From: Rebecca billardiae RCC1528 | Taxonomy: Eukaryota > Protista > Haptophyta | DNA: 64,000 bases | Direction: 5' to 3' | Assembly: GCA_965240325.2 (NCBI GenBank) | Contig: OZ251223.1 | Coordinates: 3,596,001-3,660,000, forward strand | Shown here: one piece after another, positions 1-10,824 of the stretch | Layout of the letters: every line of letters begins with the position of its first letter | How positions within the stretch are numbered: the first letter of the stretch is position 1 | The notes under the pieces: generated by a model | The model's database searches: none | Told to the model about the DNA's origin: nothing | What the model saw: the letters and a program-made list of their open reading frames with translations, nothing else | Position numbers and translations under genes: made by a program

Positions 1-970
1 CGCGCGACGGCCCCGCAGCGGCCGGGGCGACCGGGCTGGCCAGGGCAGCGCCCGCGCGGGCGAGCGCGGCACGCGCCTCCGTGCCGAGCTCGGCTGCAGC
101 GGGATCCGCCACGTCACGCCCGTGCGCACTGCGCACCCCGCCGCAGCGTGCCGAAGCCGCCGCTGAAGCCGCCGCGCGCGCGGCTGCCGCAGCAGCCTCG
201 GGCGCGGGCTCCCGTGCAGACACAGTTGCCCCGGGTGGAGCAGCCGTGCGGCAGCTGGCCGCAGCGCAGTGGCATCGGCAGCAGGAGACGCGGTCAGCTC
301 GTAGAGGGGACGGTGAGCGCCCGCCATCGTCACGACGACTGGCGTCAGACTCCTCAGCGGCGCCTCCACCGCCGCCACACACGCGCCCATCCCCAGCAGC
401 CCAGCCGCCGCCAGCCCGCGTGGGCGTGAGTCGGAAGGTAAGCAGCCGCAGCGCGCTGTCGCGCACGCGCACGCTGGCGTGCTGGGCGGTGGTGAGGAGG
501 CGGCTGACGCGGGCAGCATCCGGCGGTAGTAGCGCGAGTAGCGGCGCGGAGAGCGCGCCGTGCTCGGCCAGCCTCGCCAGGGCACACAGCGAGCTGTGCC
601 GCAGCACCAGCGGCTGCCCGCCGGCCGCGCACGCGGACCAGCGCGCCGCGAGCTCGGCGTGCTCGGAGAGGAGGCGCGCCTGGGCGGCGGGGTTGGCGGC
701 TAGAACGCCGCACACCTCCACGCCGGTCGCAGCCACGCGCGGATTCGCGTGCTCCAGCGCCTGGCAGAGGCTGGCGGCGACCGGGATGGACAGCAGCTCG
801 CGAGCGAGCGCTGGCGCTCTGCGCACAGCCTCGCCGAGCCACTCGACGAAGGCGGCGCACGCGGTGTCAGAGACCGCGGCGCATGTGTCGCGTACAGCCG
901 CGTCAGCGCCTGCGCGCCCGCCTGCCGAGCGCACGAGCCACGCCAAGTTGGCCTCCGTGCAATTTTGCAT
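1..970 (-). CDS. ARM/HEAT-repeat-like protein, 5' part (runs off window; weak BRAT1-like N-terminus)
   Basis: Read by hand and absent from the ORF track because there is no stop in the window. ATG at 970 has an in-frame TGA just upstream. Open frame MQNCTEANLAWLVRS...SDTACAAFVEWLGEAV...LCQALEHANPRVAATGVEVCGVL...HASVRVRDSALRLL shows HEAT-like amphipathic helices. Confidence 0.55.
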   Translation of the reverse strand, partial: MQNCTEANLAWLVRSAGGRAGADAAVRDTCAAVSDTACAAFVEWLGEAVRRAPALARELLSIPVAASLCQALEHANPRVAATGVEVCGVLAANPAAQARLLSEHAELAARWSACAAGGQPLVLRHSSLCALARLAEHGALSAPLLALLPPDAARVSRLLTTAQHASVRVRDSALRLLTFRLTPTRAGGGWAAGDGRVCGGGGGAAEESDASRRDDGGRSPSPLRADRVSCCRCHCAAASCRTAAPPGATVSAREPAPEAAAAAARAAASAAASARCGGVRSAHGRDVADPAAAELGTEARAALARAGAALASPVAPAAAGPSR

Positions 971-1427
971 GATGCGCACGCGCCGCGGCAGCCATCGTTG
1001 TCAGGCCGGCCTGCAGCGAACGCCTCTTCCTGGCACTTTGCATGTACATCATCGATCAATGATTGTACAGTTGTACACAGTACTACAGTATTGTTCCCTG
1101 CACAGTGCACACTGACATTGACATTAGCTCATGAGCCACCGCTCTCTGCTGACAACGACGATGCCATTGCCAGACGAGCCTGGACAGGAACAATGCGCTT
1201 AGATCGCCGCTCGCGTTGCTGCTGACTTGCTGCGCAAACTCGGCGTCGGACTCCGTCGGCGGAAGCGGTGACACTGACCGTGAGCACCGAGTGACCTGAC
1301 TGTAGAGTGTAGTTAGTGACCGCGTGCTGCCGCCGGCTGCCCGCGCTGCACTGAGCCATTTCTGGCCAGCCGATTACGCCGCCAGGTCACGCACTGACGA
1401 GCTCAATCAACCAGATCCCTCACATGA

Positions 1428-3292
1428 TCAGCGCCGACGCCGGCCGGCGCCAGCACGCCCACCGGCGCCAGCACGCCCACCGGCGCCAGCACCGGCGACC
1501 GCGCGCCCACCCCTGTCGGTGCGCACCGCGACGAAGCGCGCCGAGCCGCGGGAGCCGCGCCTCGGCATGTCCGCCTCTTTCGCAGCCGCGCCCGCGCCCG
1601 CCTGCGCGGCATCGGGCGCGGCTTGCCGCCGCCGCCGCGGTGGCGCGCCCTTGGCTCCCGGCGGGCCGGCCGCGGCCACGGGCTGCCTGGGCTGCTCGCT
1701 CGCGCGGCGCGGCGGCGGCGCGGCGCGCGGGCCGGGCTTGCGCGCGCCGGCCCGCGGCGTGCGCGCGGACGAGACGTGCGTCGCGCCGCCCGGCCGCTGC
1801 AGCTCTCGCGCCAGCTCGGCGTCGTACTTGGTCACGAGGCTGGTCACGATCCCCTTGGCGCCCGCGCGCGCCGTGCGGCCCGCCCTGTGCAGGTAGTCGA
1901 CGGACGAGCGCGCAAAGTCGAACTGCACGACGTGCGCCACGTTGAGGCCGTCCAGCCCGCGCGCGGCGAGGTCGGAGCAGACGAGCAGGTCCGTCCGACC
2001 CGCCTTGAACTCTGCGAACGACTGTGCGCGCGCCGCGGGCAGGATGCCTCCGTGGTAGTTGGATGGCGCGTAGCTGCGCGCGTGCCGCGCGCGGAGGGGC
2101 GTGGGGGCGGCGAGGGGCGAGGGGAGCGCTCAGCCAGGCGCGCGCGCTGCACGCGCGCACGCGCAGCGGCGCACACGCCCACCCCAACGCAGCCCCCGCC
2201 CGAGCCGCAGAAGGCCCACCGCGCCTCGCGCGCTCGCAGCGAGCGCGTGCGCACACGCACACACACACACACGCACACGCACGCACACACACACACGCAC
2301 ACACACGCACACACACGCACACACCGGTTCTCGCGCAGGAAGTGGTCGACAAAACGCGCACTGTCAATCGTGTTGCAGAAGATGAGCGTGCGGCGGCCGC
2401 CGAGGGAGCCGTCGTCGCGCGGCGGGCCGAGCACCTCGAGCAGCTTCTCGCACTTGTCCGTCGCCTGGCTCCCCACGCGCACGAACTCCTGCGCCAGGCT
2501 CGCCGGCGTCGAGTGCACCGTCGCCACCATCAGCTCGCGCGCCGCGGGGAAGGCTGTCTTGTACAGCGCGCGCGCGGCGGGCGGGTGGGTCGCGCCGACG
2601 GCGATGTACTGCACGGGCTGCGCGCTGCGGTGGGTGCGCACCAGACCGAGCAGCTCGCGCAGCTCCGCGCCGAACCCGGCCTCGAAGATCGTGTCCACCT
2701 CGTCCACGACGAGGGCGCGCACGTCTGCAAAGCCCAGACTGCCGCGGCGCGCGTGCTCGAGCAGGCGGCCAGGCGTCGCGACGAGCACGTCGAGCGGGCC
2801 TGCGAGGAGCTTGGACTGCTTACCGACGGGCACGCCTCCCGACACGCACCCCGAGCGCAGCTTGAGGTAGTGGCACACCGACTTGACCACGCCCTTCACC
2901 TGCTCGGCCAGCTCGCGAGTCGGCACGAGCACGATCGCGCGCGGCCGAGCCGCGCGCGGCGAAAAGTCGGTGCAGTCCTCCTCGTCCTTGAGGCGCTGGA
3001 GCAGCGGGATAAGGTATGCAAGCGTCTTCCCCGAGCCCGTCTGCGCGCCGACCACCACGTCGCCGCCACCCGCGAGCGCGGGCATCGCCTGCACCTGCAG
3101 CTCGTTGGGCCGCTCGATGCCCTGCGCGCTCAGCGCGTCGACAATCTCGGCGCGGACGCCGAGCTCGGCGAACGTGGTCGCCGCCATTCGCACGCGAGCC
3201 ACGCTCGGCCGCGCCCCGCCGCCGACGCGCACGGCCACCCGGCCGGGCGCGACGGCGGCGGCCAGCGCACCCACGAGGACGGCCACGTTCAT
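1428..3292 (-). CDS. DEAD-box RNA helicase, probably plastid-targeted (RH39/RH50-like); exons 3292-2325, 2073-1428
   Basis: Q motif (TFAELG...PNELQ), AQTGSGKT, PTRELAEQ, TPGRL, DEVD, SDLAARGLD, YLHRAGRTARAG. Removing a 251-nt GT-AG intron (2324-2074) joins the frames. The N-terminus is hydrophobic followed by an Arg-rich stretch. Confidence 0.93.
1446..1497. repeat. 18-bp tandem repeat (ggcgccagcacgcccacc, ~3 copies) encoding AGAGGR in the helicase tail
   Basis: Seen directly in sequence. Confidence 0.8.
2250..2324. repeat. Interrupted (CA)n microsatellite at the 5' end of the helicase intron
   Basis: cacacgcacacacacacac... array whose reverse complement supplies the GTGTGT donor. Confidence 0.9.
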
Positions 3293-3390
3293 GTCGGACG
3301 GCCCTGGGCTCCGCGAACGCGTGCGGCCCGCGCGGCCGCGCTTCCGCGTGGATCGATGACGAAATCGGACGTGAGTGAGTGGCCGCCATC

Positions 3391-3642
3391 ATGTCGAAGC
3401 GTACCCGAGCGATCGCGAGGAAGCGGACGGAGATCAGCCAGGCGTTGCAGGAGGAGAAGCAGCGCGCGATCAAGAAGGCGCACAAGATGCACAAGAAGAA
3501 GGAAGCGGCGGCCGCGACGGAGGGCGACGTCGAGATGAAGAAGACCAAGGTGAAGCACAAGAAGATTCGAGTGCGCAAACACCACATCAAGATCAAAAAG
3601 GTGATCGACAGGCGGCAAGGTAAGGCGAGCATGTCCGAATAA
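3391..3642 (+). CDS. Small Lys/Arg-rich basic protein (83 aa), function unknown
   Basis: GCCATCATG start context and strong AAG codon use in a GC-rich background: MSKRTRAIARKRTEISQALQEEKQRAIKKAHKMHKKK... Confidence 0.75.
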   Translation: MSKRTRAIARKRTEISQALQEEKQRAIKKAHKMHKKKEAAAATEGDVEMKKTKVKHKKIRVRKHHIKIKKVIDRRQGKASMSE

Positions 3643-4353
3643 CACGAGCGCGGAGCAGCACAGGAGTCGGCTACACTACATAGCGGCTGTCGGCAGCTCT
3701 CTCTCATCCGACAGCCCCATCAACGGCGCGTGCCTGCAATTCAGCCGAGGCGTTCACGACCGACGGCTAGCCTACTGCGGGGGCCACTATTGCAGCGGTG
3801 CTCAGGCAGTTAGTTCTCGGCGTAAAAAGTAGTACCGTGCGCTTCCGCGAGCCCGGAATGCCCACCAGCACCGGTCATCGCGGACTGCCGAGTGCCAAGT
3901 GTCACGGTCACGGCGTCGTACTCGCGTCGGGCCTGACTCTCCTGTCCCGCTCGCGCCGCTCGCGCGGACCAGTACTACGGTCGTAGAGACAGTCAGTCCG
4001 CGAGTCCGCGGACGACAGCAGACGGAGCCGAGTGGCGTCTGTGGCGTGAGCAGAGTGACGGGCCACCCAGTGAGGGCGCCGTAGCGGGCGCAATCAGTCA
4101 ATGCGACAATGCCCGAGGCCCGGACTGCCGCCCGGACTACGACCGACGCGGCCCACGCGCGTCAGCTGGCGGCTCGTCACGGACACGGTGCGCGGCCGCC
4201 GATCATCCGGACGTAGCCGACCGTAGCGCCGCCGCCACGGGCGCCAGTACTAGGCAGTAGCGGCGCGGCCTCAAATATATGATGCAGCTAGCATCATCTG
4301 TGACGGCGGCGGTGCGCTATAGCCTCTACGACTACTGCCACAAGCACTCAGGC

Positions 4354-6204
4354 TCAGCTGCGCCGCCGCTTAGCCGGCGGGTCACTGGAGGCGCCGCTCC
4401 CACCCAGCTTGGCAGCACCGGGCGCGGGCTCGGGGTCAGCGACGTCGAGCCGCTCGAGCGCACGCCTCACGCGCCTGTCGACCTCCTCGAAGTACACTTT
4501 GACCGTCACGCGCGGGCGCTTGGCGCCCTGCGTGTGACGCAGGCGCGGGGAGCGCTGCCGCTCGTCGGGGCTGTCGCCGTTCCCCGTCGCGGCCTGCATC
4601 TGCTTGCGCCGCGCAGCCGACTTGCGCCCACCCCCGCCGCTGGTGCCGCCCCGGCCCCGGCCGCCGGACAGCTCGTCAAGCTCAAGCTGCCGGCGCGCCT
4701 TCTCGCGCGCCTTGCTCTCCGGCGTGCCCGTGTTGCCCACCGGGTTGGCCGGCCGCTCGACAAAGCACTTGTTGTCGCTCGGCCACGCGCGCACGAGCGC
4801 CTCCTCGCCCTTGGCCAGCTTCCACGCGTCGTACACCGTCTGCGCGCCCAGGATGGCGCCATGCGCCGTGCCCGCCATCTCGGGGCACTGGATCTCGCCC
4901 GCCCAGTGCACGGTGCCACCGCCGAGCGGCGCGCGCACGGCGTCGAGGTACGCGGTGGCACCGAGCCGCAGCCTGAGCGACGCGCCGCGGAACCACTCGT
5001 CCTCCAGCCAGCGCGTGACCCGCACGCTGGTCGGCTCCAGCGCCTCCTTGCCAAACACGGCGCGGAGGTCCTCGCCCAGCGCCTCCGTCACGCGCGCGTC
5101 GGACATGGCCTCGAAGCGCTCGGCGGCGGCGCCGTGGATGGTGGCGTAGATCACACGCGAGCCGGGGAACGCGTCCTTGTGGTCGAGGCTGTGCCACAGC
5201 ACGCCCGTCAGCCCCGAGCGGCTCATGATGTTGAAGAACTGCGCGCCGCTCCAGAACTTCTTCGGGAAGCGGAAGAAGACGCGCATCTCGAGCGGGAAGT
5301 GCAGCGAGAGGAGGCCGCGCAGCCGGTCGCCCGAGACGGGCGGCGAGTAGGCGGAGCCGCCCTCGCGCACGGCGTTCCACCGCAGCACGGCGAGCGAGCG
5401 CGTGTCGAAGAGCGTGTCGAACGAGTACACCGTCCCGTTCGCCAGCGTGAGCCGCCGCAGCGCCGTGTTCACGTTCACCACCGGGCTGGCGTAGTTGAGC
5501 CGCGCCGAGATGCGGCCGCGCGTGCTCTCGGTGCTCAGGTGGTAGTCGAGCCAGCAGCCAACGAGCTCCTCGAAGCCGCGCTCGTCCAGGATGTACCGGT
5601 CGTTGTCCTCGTGCGGCGCCGTGTACGTCGCCTGTGGCACGCTGCCCAGCCGGCCGAGCGCGGTCGGCTCAGCGAGCGCGCCATCCATCGACCCGGCCTC
5701 GGCGAGGAAGTGCTCCTGCTTGCGCGGCAGCCAGCCGCACAGCTTGAGCGCAACGTCGAGTGGCAGCTCGGCCCGCCCCGCCTCGCGCTCGTGCCGCGCG
5801 ATCACCGCCGCGCAGTCCCATGCCGCCTCCCAAGCGTCCCACGGCACATCTGCCTCCACGCCGTTCGAGCGGTAATCCATCCACGAGTCCCAGTCCTGCT
5901 CACGGCTGCGCATCTCGCACAGCCGGAGGCGCTCAGTGAGCGGGTGCGCCTCGCCAACACCCCGCTGCCAGCTCGCGCCAGCGCCCACGCGGATGTCCCC
6001 AACCTGCACCGCCTGCGCTCGGCCGCCGTACGTCTCGCGAGCCTCGAACGCCACAAACTGCTTACCGTCGCGCGCGAGCATGGTCGCCAGCTCGGCGCCG
6101 GCGAAGCCGAGTCCGATGACGATGTGCTCGATGTGCGCGCTGGGCGCGGTGGTCAACGCGGCGAAGCCATGCACGCACACGACAAGGGCCGTGAGCACGT
6201 TCAT
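4354..6204 (-). CDS. Flavin-containing amine oxidase (polyamine-oxidase-like) with signal peptide
   Basis: MNVLTALVVCVHGFAAL signal peptide; Rossmann IVIGLGFAGA...FEARETYGGR; GAGASW; RVFFRFPKKFW; VTRWLEDEWFRG; HWAGE...GTAHGAILGA. Confidence 0.88.
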   Translation of the reverse strand: MNVLTALVVCVHGFAALTTAPSAHIEHIVIGLGFAGAELATMLARDGKQFVAFEARETYGGRAQAVQVGDIRVGAGASWQRGVGEAHPLTERLRLCEMRSREQDWDSWMDYRSNGVEADVPWDAWEAAWDCAAVIARHEREAGRAELPLDVALKLCGWLPRKQEHFLAEAGSMDGALAEPTALGRLGSVPQATYTAPHEDNDRYILDERGFEELVGCWLDYHLSTESTRGRISARLNYASPVVNVNTALRRLTLANGTVYSFDTLFDTRSLAVLRWNAVREGGSAYSPPVSGDRLRGLLSLHFPLEMRVFFRFPKKFWSGAQFFNIMSRSGLTGVLWHSLDHKDAFPGSRVIYATIHGAAAERFEAMSDARVTEALGEDLRAVFGKEALEPTSVRVTRWLEDEWFRGASLRLRLGATAYLDAVRAPLGGGTVHWAGEIQCPEMAGTAHGAILGAQTVYDAWKLAKGEEALVRAWPSDNKCFVERPANPVGNTGTPESKAREKARRQLELDELSGGRGRGGTSGGGGRKSAARRKQMQAATGNGDSPDERQRSPRLRHTQGAKRPRVTVKVYFEEVDRRVRRALERLDVADPEPAPGAAKLGGSGASSDPPAKRRRS

Positions 6205-6413
6205 GGAGCGCGGACACGCGCGCCCCCAAGTCCGCGCTCGGCCGACGACACGGAGCAGCGCCCAAAAAGATGACGAGATACATACTGAGATTCTTACCCG
6301 CATTCGATCGATCGAGTGTTATCATACAGTATCTACTATCTAGTAGTACCAGTCATCAGTCATCATCAGACCCGCTAGCATACGACTCTTACTAGTACAG
6401 TAGTCTCAGCATA

Positions 6414-7963
6414 TCACGTGGCAGGGAGTCCGCGTGCGCGCCGCGCCTCGTACACCATCGCGCCGAGCGACCAGTTCATCGAGAACCCGTTCACCGCCTG
6501 CACGAGCTTGAGCGTGCCCACGCTCGAGTCGCCGTCCGGCGCGTGCCCGCGCGGGAAGCCGTACACGCCCTCGAGCAGCTGCGCCATGAACGCGCCCAGG
6601 AAGCACGGCTTGCGCTCCTGCGCGGTGGGGTGCGGCCGGAGGAAGGCGAGCTGCGACGCCGGCACGGCGCACACGTGCTGCCCGAGGGCCTCGAGGTCCA
6701 TCAGCGTGAACGTCGCCTCGAGAGGCACGGCCGTCGCATTCACGAGAATCGCCGCGCCCTGCGAGGGCCGCGCAGCGGGCGGCGGCGCGCGTGCACGGCG
6801 GGTGAGCGCGGCCGCGCGAGGCGTGCGCGCGGGGGGCGAGTGCTGATGCGTGGACGCGCGCGCACCTTTGCAAAGTTATCCAGCAGATACACCGGCCACT
6901 GCCCGCGCGCGGGCAGCGTCGGCGCCGCCCCCTCCTCCGCCCGGCGCGCAGTCTCGTACTCGTGAAGGTAAGCGCCGATCGCGGCACGGCACGCGCGGTA
7001 GTCGCCGCTGCCTTCGAGAGGGAGGCCGTCCGCGGTGGTGGCGCGCTCGCCGGGCGCGAGGCACGCGCCCATCTCCGCGCGCGACGGCCCGCCGAGCATG
7101 TTGCTCAGCGCCTCGTTCATCCCCAGGCCGAGGCGCGAGACGCCGAGCACGCGCGCGCGGCCGATCGACACGAGCTGGTCTGCGCGCGGCACGGCGTCGG
7201 CCGTCGTCGCAAACGCGAGCTGGGTCGAGGCGCCGCCGAGGTCGGCGACGGCGGCGGTGCGCTCGGGCGGGCCGCCGACGCGCCTGAGGGCCGTATTGAC
7301 CGCGAGCCAGTCGAACAGCGCCTCCTCCTCGCCATCAATCACGCGCGCCACCTCCGCCGAGCCGTCCTGGGGCGAGAGGAAGGCCGACTGTGCGATCAGC
7401 GCGCGCACTGCGTCCAGCACCTCGCGCTGCTGGGTGGGCTCGAGGAGGCGCAGGCCCGCCGTCGCCATGAAGTACACCGGCGTCTCGGACGGCTCGATCC
7501 CGCGCGCGAGCACGAACTCGAGCAGCGGGCGAAGCGACTCGGCGGCCGCGTGTGCGCCCGCGCTGCGTGCGACTTCGGAGACGCCGGGCTGGATGCGCAG
7601 CCCTGCGAGCTCGACGATCGTGCCCTCTGGGTCACCGCTGTCCCAGCGGTACACGTACACGCGCGAGCCACTCGAGCCCGCGTCGATCACCACGCCCGTC
7701 GACGACCCGTTGAGCGCGCCCGGCTCGCCCTCGCCGCCGCGCAAGCGACCATCGCCGACCAGCGGCACGGAGCGGCGGCTCAGCGTGCTGGAGGCGGTGC
7801 GCGTGGGCGCGAAGGTGCGCGCCGCCGGCGCCACGGTCGGGCGCATCGCAGGTGATGCGCCCGCACCCGCCAGAGCTGCGGCGCCGAGGAGGAGCGAGGC
7901 CGCGATCATCGACGCGACGGCGCAGCCCACGCGCGACGCCGACAACGACGCCATCCGCGTCAT
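6414..7963 (-). CDS. GDA1/CD39-family apyrase (NTPDase); exons 7963-6866, 6758-6414
   Basis: All five apyrase conserved regions are present: IDAGSSGSRVYVY, MATAGLRLL, DGEEEALFDW, DLGGASTQ, WSLG. N-terminal hydrophobic anchor; 107-nt GT-AG intron at 6865-6759. Confidence 0.93.
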
Positions 7964-8247
7964 AGGAGACGTGTCTGCTCGCGAGTCGCGACCAGTGCGA
8001 GTTGGGCTCGCTGTTGCCTTTGTTTAGAAACCGTCTAGTAGTACGCAAGGCAGATTCCAATCTCGCGCAGCTGGACAATAGTCATCCAACGGTTGCGTCG
8101 GTTCGCGGGTAGCGTAAGAAGAAGCGTTGCTTGCCGCGGTTTCGGATCGGTTCCAGACAGAGCGGGGTGGGCGGGTCGTCGCGCGTGTCAACCCGAAATG
8201 GTGATGGGCCAGTAGTCACATCGTCTGAGGCCACGAGCTTGGACGAC

Positions 8248-10793
8248 ATGGCCACCGACACGCCCGGGATCGCCGAGGCGCTCGCGGCGTGGCTGCGCGA
8301 GGACCCATGGGCGACGCAGGCCACCGAGGCGCTGCAGGCGCTCGCCGACGACCTCTCCGCCATGGAGGAGAACAGCGAGGGCGTGGCGCCGCTGATCGTG
8401 GTCGCGGAGCGCGTGTTCCTCGTGCCGCTGCTCGTGCAGTACGTGGAGGCGCTGCAGCAGTTCGGCGAGCAGGGCCTCTCGTACGCGTACGTCGCGCTCT
8501 CGATCATCACCAACCTCGCCGACGTCGGCGGCATCGCGCTCGTCCGCCAGCACGGCGGGCTCGCGCTGCTGCTCGCGCTGCTCGACGCGCCCGACCGCGG
8601 CCTGCAGTACTACGCGGTCGTGGGCGTGCAGAACATGGTGGACGACGAGGAGTGCGCGCGCGAGGTGCTCGCGTCGGGCGCCGTGCGCACGCTCGCCGCG
8701 CTCATGGACGTCGAGCGCGACGCCGACCAGGCCGACGACCGCTCGATGCTTTCGGAGATTGCCGAGGCGGCGACCGGCGCGCTCACCAACCTCGACGCGC
8801 GCGTGACGGCGGGCGACGAGGTGGACGAGGACGTGGAGCAGGTGCTGGAGGAGGCGGTGGCGCGGCGGAACGAGCTCGACGAGGACCGCTTCAACGCGCA
8901 GTGGTACGCCGCCTCCATGCTGCAGGCCGTCGTGCGCGGCTGGCTCGCGCGCTCGTCACTGCTCGACGGCGCGACGCTGGCGCGGCGCAACATGGAGCGC
9001 ATCGGGTGGCAGCTCGACCCGCAGCGCGCGGCGCGCACGCGCGAGCTCGGGATCGAGCGGCTCGACTCGGTCCTCGAGTCGCTCGCCGCGGACGACGAGG
9101 AGGAGGCCGCGATCGACGCGGCGCGCGCGCACCTCGTCGCGACCAACCTGGTCGCGCACGCGGTCGGCGCGCTGCGCGCCAACGACACGGCGCTCGTGTA
9201 CCGCACGGTCGGGCTGCTCACCGCGCTGGCGGGGCTGCGGCCGGGCGGCGGCGCGCTGGTCGTCGACGCGGAGGCCGTCTCGCTCTGCCTCTGGCTCGCG
9301 CACTCCGCCGTGCCCGAGCTGCGCGTGCTCGGGCTCACGTGCATGGTCGGCGCGCTCTCCGACGCCGAGGCGTTCAGCGACGACTCCCTCGGCGCGCACC
9401 TTGACAACCTCGCGCTGGAGCACCGGCTGTACGCGATGACGGGCGCGCCGGTGGCGGAGGGGCGCGCCGAGGAGCACGCGCACGCCGACTCCGCCGCCGC
9501 CGCGCAGGTCGCCGAGCTCGCCGTGCAGGCGATGGACATGCTGGCCGAGACGAGCGCGTACACGCGACGGCTGGCGGCCACGATTGTCGGCCGGCACTAC
9601 CGCGGCTTCGAGGCTCGGCGCGCGGCGGAGCAGTGGAAGATCACGCGGCGCAAGGTGGGCAAGGCGATCGACGTGATCCAGCACTTCTGGCGCGCGCACC
9701 ACGACCACGCCGCGCTGCTCCGCGCCGCGGAGAAGGCGGCCGCGGCGGAGGTGGCCGCCGCCGCCGCCGCCGCGGACGCGGACGCCGCCGCGGCCGCCGC
9801 CGCCGCAGAGGCCGAGGCGGCGGCGCAGCGCGAGGCCGAAGCGGCGGCCAGGCGCGAGGCCGAGGCGGCGGCGCAGCGCGAGGCCCAGGAGGCCGCCAGG
9901 CGCGAGGCCGAGGCGGCGGCGCAGCGCGAGGCCGAGGAGGCCGCCAGGCGGCAGGCGGAGGCGGAGGCGGCGGAGGCGGAGGCGGAGTGGGCGCGCGAGC
10001 AGGCGGAGGAGGCGGAGGCGGAGGCGGAGGCGGAGCGCGCGCGGGCGCTCGCCGAGGCCGAGGCGGCCGCGCGCGCCGAGGCCGAGGCGCGGCGTGTCGC
10101 CGAGGAGGAGGCGACGGCGGCGGCGGCGGCGGCGGCGGCGGCCGAGGCGGATGCGGCGGCGGCCGAGGCGGATGCGGCGGCGGCCGAGGCGGATGCGGCG
10201 GCGGCCGAGCCGACGGCCGCGGCCGAGGCGGAAGCGGCGGCGGCGGCGGCGGCGGCCGAGGAGACTGCGACTGCCGCCGGTGCTGAGGCGCGCGACGAGC
10301 CCGCGCACGTCGACCCCGCCGAGCTGGCGGCGCAGCAGCAGCAGCAGCACGAGGCGGCCGCCCGTCTGATCAGCGAGCGCGAGCGTGCGCGGCGCGCGGG
10401 CGCGCAGCAGCGGCGCTACTACGTGCGCATGCGCGTCGCGTCGCGCGTGATCGGCCGCGCGTACCTGCGGCACTACAAGCGGCGCATGCCGCCGCGCATC
10501 CGCGCGGCGGTGCGGCTGCAGCACCGCGCGCGCGTCTTCCTCCTCGCCCGGCGCCGGGAGCGGCTGCGCACCGAGACGGCGCACGTGCCGGACGCGGCGG
10601 CGGCGGCGCACGCGGCCGCAGAGGAGTTCGCCCTTGCCGAGCAGCAGCGCAAGCTGACGGTGGCGGAGGCGCTGGGGGTGGAGAGCGCGGCGCGCGCGGC
10701 GGCCGGGCAGAAGGAGTACCGCGCGCCGCAGCCGGACACGGGCGAGGTGCTCGCTCGCACCGCGCTCGCCGCGGCGGGGCACGAGCAGCTCGA

Positions 10794-10824
<31 letters not shown>

